Assembly: GCF_032191835.1 (NCBI RefSeq)
Contig: NC_083231.1
Coordinates: forward strand, 126,356,001-126,420,000
Direction of reading: 5' to 3'
Length of the DNA stretch: 64,000 nucleotides
Source of the DNA: Heteronotia binoei
Taxonomy: Eukaryota
A program made the translations under genes and the position numbers. The notes below the pieces were generated by a model, which saw only the letters and a program-made list of their open reading frames with translations, made no database searches and had not been told where the DNA came from. This document shows, one piece after another, positions 60,001 through 64,000 of this stretch; position 1 is the stretch's first letter; each line of letters begins with the position of its first letter.

Positions 60001-62994
60001 GGCATAGGGGGCTGGAGGGCTGTGGGTCTCCTGGGGCATATGGGGCCGGAGGGTCGTGGCTCACCTGGGGCATAGGGGTCTGGAGGGCTGTGGCTCACCT
60101 GGGGCATAGGGAGCTGGAGGGCTGTGGCTCACCTCACCTGGGGCATAGGGGGCTGGAGGGCTGCGGCTCACCTGGGGGATAGGAGGCTGGAGGGCCGTGG
60201 CTCACCTGGGGCATAGGGGGCTGGAGGGCTGTGGCTCACCTGGGCATAGGGGGCTGGAGGGCTGCGGCTCACCTGGGGGATAGGAGGCTGGAGGGCCGTG
60301 GCTCACCTGGGGCATAGGGGGCTGGCGGGCCGTGGCTCACCTCACCTGGGGCATAGGGGGTTGGAGGGCCGTGGCTCACCTGGGGCATAGGGGGCTGGAG
60401 GGCTGCGGCTCACCTGGGGGATAGGAGGCTGGAGGGCCGTGGCTCACCTGGGGCATAGGGGGCTGGCGGGCCGTGGCTCACCTCACCTGGGGCATAGGGG
60501 GTTGGAGGGCCGTGGCTCACCTGGGGCATAGGGGGCTGGAGGGCTGCGGCTCACCTGGGGGATAGGAGGCTGGAGGGCCGTGGCTCACCTGGGGCATAGG
60601 GGGTTGGAGGGCCGTGGCTCACCTGGGGCATAGGGGGCTGGAGGGCCGTGGCTCACCTGGGGCATAGGGGGCTGGAGGGCCGTGGCTCACCTGGGGCATA
60701 GGGGGTTGGAGGGCTGTGGCGCAGTCGCTTCAGGTGCTCTGCTTTGTCAGCAGCAGTGAGCCGTGTTGACACCACATCAAGCTCCAAGGCCAGGAGCTGC
60801 AAGAGGCACAGAGATCAATGGGGAGGCTCCCTGTCCAGAGGAGCCCCCCCTGTCAACATCCCTGACACCAACCGTGGGGGGGCCCCAGCCGGTAGGATGC
60901 TGTGGAATACGAGGGCAGCGAACACCATAGTCCCATGGCTGCCATGGGGAAACCCCACCCTGGGCTTCAGTCCTTACCTCTTGGACTCGAAGAGCCAGCT
61001 CCTCCCGCGTCTCTTCAGCTCGCCTGCAGACGGAAGGGAGCCACCTGCACCAGGCCAAGAAAAAAGCCCAAATGAAGACGGGGCAACAAGCTGGCTCTCC
61101 TTCTCCCTACTGGCATAAAGGGGCCCTTCTTTTAAAGGACAACAGAGCTGCCTCCAAACACTCCTCCTCCCACCCCCAAAGAATGACAGAGAACTAGTAC
61201 CTTACTTGATAAATGGTGAAGGGAACAAAGAAAGTCCAGAGCAGCTCAGTAACCCAGGAGGCATCCGCTGTGCTCTTCAAAGAGAAAGGGAAAGGAAACT
61301 ATAAAAAGCCCCGGGAACCTGTGGCCGGCACACAACCCTGTTGGGATAAGGGTGGAGCAGCGCCCCCCCCCCCAAGACTCATTGTGGCAGAACACTTTGC
61401 AAAAAAAGGAAAGACCCGAATATGCGCAACGCAGGACAGGAGTGAAAGTACAACGCTAGCCCCTCTCCCTCCCCCCTAAAGCACTCACCACGGCAACAAA
61501 GGGCCTCTGCACTTGCAGGGCCACTGGCTGGACCACATCCAAGATGGAGAACGGCCACGTGCTGGAAAGGGAACAGCCCGGTCAGCAAGGCCAGGCCTGG
61601 AGAGAGGCAAGCCTATGGGCAGCACCCGCCCCTCCTGCTCGCTGCTCCCCCAGCCCACCTGAAGCGCAGAAGCCCCACCCTCCCGTTGGTGGTGGTCTCC
61701 TCAGGGAAGAGCAGCAGAGGCGGGTTGCCTCCGTGGAGGAGTAGGCCTTCAAGGACTCCAGGAGCTCTGCTCGGCTGCCCGTGCTCCCCACCTCCAGGAA
61801 GCCACGGGACCAGCAAATGAACCCAGAGGCTCCGTTCAGCATCGGCTGTTGGAGAAGAGAGAGAGACACAGAAGGCAAGAATGTAAAGCCTGAGAAACAC
61901 CACCCACCCATCCTCCAGGTATCCAGAGGCCAATGAGGGAAGACAGCTCTTGGGTGCCCGGAAGCAGCCCCAAGATAACTGATGGTTCAGCTGCTACCAA
62001 AAAGTCTCACCCCATCCTCCAAGATGGGGTTGGGCAGGTAAATTGCTGGAAACTTCCTAAAGGTAGCACCACAAAATGCTCAGGTGGCATCCTTCAAGCC
62101 TGGAATGAATTTTTGAGAGGACGGTGGCTTAGTGGTAGAGCATTTGCTCAGAAAGCAGAAGGTCCCTGGTTCAATCTCCAGCATCTCCAACTAAAGAAGT
62201 CCAGGCATGGAGGCGTGAAAAACCTCAGCTTGGGACCCTGAGAGACAGTCTGAGTAGACAAGACTGACTTTGATGGACCGAAGAGGGTCTGATTCAGTAG
62301 AAGGCGGCTTCATGTGTAGAGGGAGGGATAATGGCTCAGTCGTAGAGCATCTGCTTGGTAAGGTTCAATCCTGGCATCTGCAACTAAAAAAGGGTCCAGG
62401 CAAATAGGCATGGAAAAACCTCAGCTGGAGACCCTGGAGAGCGGCTGCCAGTGAGTTGACAAGACTGACCGGGGGGGGGGGGGGTCTGATGCAGTAGAAG
62501 GCAGCTTCCTATGAGACCAGGCGTGGCTAGGCGACCCTCATGCAGGGCCCACTCACCGCATTGCAAGAGGTCAGCAAGTTGACGACGTTGTGGTCGAAGT
62601 GCGTGACGTGGTTGGCGATGTAGACGCGGGCGCGGAGGCCGTGCTGCCGAGGCTGGCTCTGCCGCACCAGGAGGCCGAGCACGGAGCACATCACCCGCAC
62701 GACAAACCTGCGGAGGGCGCAGTCCGGAGGGCGCAGCTGACGAGGAAGACGTGCAGGCCGAGGAAGAGGCGCAGCAGCAGCAGGCACAGCCCCACCGGCG
62801 CGTAGAGCAGCAGCGACAGCAGCAGCAGCCCCGTCGCTCGGCAGCCTGCAGGGGGGAGAGGGCGGGCGCGCGCTTAGAGCGGGGGGGGGGGGAGGCGGCG
62901 CGCGCCCGCGGGGGAGGGAGGGGGGCTCACCGGTGGGAGTCGAAGAGGCGGTCCGGCCGGGGGCGCGGGGGCGGGCGTGCGGGGAGGCCTCCAT
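57053..62994 (-). CDS. AUP1: Lipid-droplet/ERAD factor AUP1 (~429 aa after repairing four 1-bp indels; exons 62994-62931, 62845-62557, 61845-61659, 61561-61489, 61274-61201, 61044-60978, 60796-60691, 58387-58244, 57555-57410, 57291-57203, 57101-57053)
   Basis: RLFDSHR, hydrophobic LLLYAPVGLCLLLLRLFLG, acyltransferase-like ANHVTHFDH, LLLFPEE.TTNGR.GLLRF, CUE domain MAQRVKEVLPHVPL...CVDATIANLLEG, and G2BR ARHLSLQDRKRALFDYARR. Splice sites are GT-AG and phases chain after repair. Confidence 0.9.
58643..60720 (-). repeat. 34-bp minisatellite (~60 copies) derived from the AUP1 exon 3' end + splice donor
   Basis: Minus-strand unit GTGAGCCAC(A/G)GCCCTCCAGCCCCCTATGCCCCAG. The first copy overlaps the coding end (...CCC TAT GCC CCA G|GTGAGC at 60691/60690). 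Confidence 0.93.
62115..62515 (+). mobile_element. Two tandem tRNA-headed SINEs with CR1-type 3' tails
   Basis: Heads gtggcttagtggtagagca...ggttcaatctcc and ggctcagtcgtagagca...ggttcaatcc; tails ggtctgattcagtagaaggc(g/a)gcttc. Confidence 0.7.
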
Positions 62995-63234
62995 GGCGTC
63001 CGGCCGCTCCCTCCCTCCCTCCGTCTCCCGCCTTCCCGGCCTCAGGGCCAGGCGGAGGCCCGCTCAGCCCCTGCCGCCATCTTGGCCGCGCCTGCGCAGA
63101 CGAGGGAGCGCCGTTTCCGGGCCGCCCGGAGAAAGGGCGGGGCCTCCTTCCTCCGCGGCACGGGCTCCTCTTCCCGGCAGGCCTTGCGCGGCGGCCGGCA
63201 CTTCCGGCCCCCAGGCGAGGAGGAGGAGCGGGCG
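62995..63234. promoter_or_regulatory. AUP1/HTRA2 bidirectional CpG promoter (240 bp between the putative ATGs)
   Basis: YY1-type GCCGCCATCTT at 63073-63083, GC box at ~63135, ETS CACTTCCGG at 63199-63207; head-to-head gene arrangement. Confidence 0.7.
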
Positions 63235-63461
63235 ATGCGGCGCGGTGGGCGCTGCGGGCGGGGGTGGCGGCGGGGCGGGGCTGGGGCTGGGGGCGGGGCT
63301 GGGCGGGCGCGGGGGGGGCGGCGGCGGCCGTGCTGGTGGGCGGGGACGGGGAGGGGCGCCCCGTGGGGATCACGCCCCTCCCCGCGAGGCACCTTCAACT
63401 TCATCGCCGACGTGGCCGAGAAGACCGCCCCCGCCCTCGTCTACGTGGAGATCCTGGGCAG
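63235..63461 (+). CDS. HTRA2: Serine protease HTRA2/Omi, exon 1 (gene continues beyond the window; start codon uncertain)
   Basis: SPRGTFNFIADVAEKTAPALVYVEILGR followed by AG|GTGAG (phase 2); head-to-head with AUP1. The N-terminal part is GC-rich and may contain indel errors. Confidence 0.8.
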
Positions 63462-64000
63462 GTGAGGGAGGGGGAGGAGAGGAGAGGGGCCCCCAAGCAG
63501 AGCCCCCAGCGCCCCCTCCCCCGTCTCCATGGAGATCCTGAGCGGGGGGGGGAGTGGGAGGAGAGGCCCCCCCAAGCAGAGCCCCCAGCGCCCCCTCCCC
63601 CGTCTCCATGGAGATCCTGAGCGGGGGGGGAGGGGGAGGAGAGGGGCCCCCCAGGACCCCCTCCCCTTGTCTCTATGGAGAGCCTGAGCGGGGGGGGGGA
63701 GGGGGAGGAGAGGGGGCCCCCCAGCGCCCCCTCCCCCCGTCTCCATGGAGATCCTGAGCAGGGGGGGAGGGGGAGGAGAGCCCCCCCAAGCAGAGCCCCC
63801 AGCGCCCCCTCCCCCGTCTCCATGGAGATCCTGAGCAGGGGGGGAGGGGGAGGAGAGGCCCCCCCAAGCAGAGCCCCCAGCGCCCCCTCCCCCGTCTCCA
63901 TGGAGATCCTGAGCGGGGGGGGAGGGGGAGGAGAGGGGCCCCCCAGGACCCCCTCCCCTTGTCTCTATGGAGAGCCTGAGCGGGGGGGGAGGGGGGAGGA
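63462..64000 (+). repeat. 67-79-bp minisatellite (at least 7 copies) derived from the HTRA2 exon 1/intron 1 junction
   Basis: Unit ...gccccctcccccgtctccatggagatcctgagc(a/g)gggggggagggggaggag aligns to the exon end gcccccgccctcgtctacgtggagatcctgggcag|gtgagggagggggaggag. Confidence 0.85.

Noticed and set aside
58643-60720. 34-bp repeat array resembling a CRISPR array
   Set aside because: Units are head-to-tail with no unique spacers, there are no cas genes, the context is vertebrate, and the unit derives from an AUP1 exon/donor junction.
41407-62994. Calling DQX1 and AUP1 pseudogenes
   Set aside because: All disruptions are single-base indels in G/C runs, while residues, splice sites and promoters are intact; assembly error is more parsimonious pending read checks.

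Overview
This is a GC-rich vertebrate locus, most likely a gecko-type squamate, judged from the Sauria SINE, Squam3-like SINEs, BovB, CR1, L2 and Penelope content. It is syntenic with the human TLX2-DQX1-AUP1-HTRA2 block. I reconstructed complete exon structures for TLX2 (+, 3 exons, 287 aa), DQX1 (-, 11 coding exons, 717 aa after repair) and AUP1 (-, 11 exons, ~429 aa after repair), plus exon 1 of HTRA2 (+). Between TLX2 and DQX1, where mammals have no protein-coding gene to my knowledge, there is an intact 3-exon type IV (neurofilament/alpha-internexin-class) intermediate-filament gene. It encodes 384 aa with a short Ser-poor head and almost no tail, and has its own CCAAT/TATA promoter and a canonical RE1/REST site upstream. 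It may be an NEFL/INA ohnolog lost in mammals. A second striking pattern is that DQX1, AUP1 and HTRA2 each carry an intronic minisatellite whose unit copies an exon 3' end plus its 5' splice site. AUP1 has ~60 mostly intact decoy donors, DQX1 has 4 GC donors, and HTRA2 has GT-inactivated copies. The first 27 kb are mostly transposons (L2, CR1, Penelope with hammerhead cores, copia relic, solo LTRs, fold-back hAT elements, RTE derivative, SINE arrays) interleaved with CpG islands; no PCGF1 or LBX2 exon was recognised there. Several 1-bp indels in GC-rich exons of DQX1 and AUP1 are probably assembly errors, and there are four N gaps. All family assignments are by eye from remembered motifs; no database search was run.
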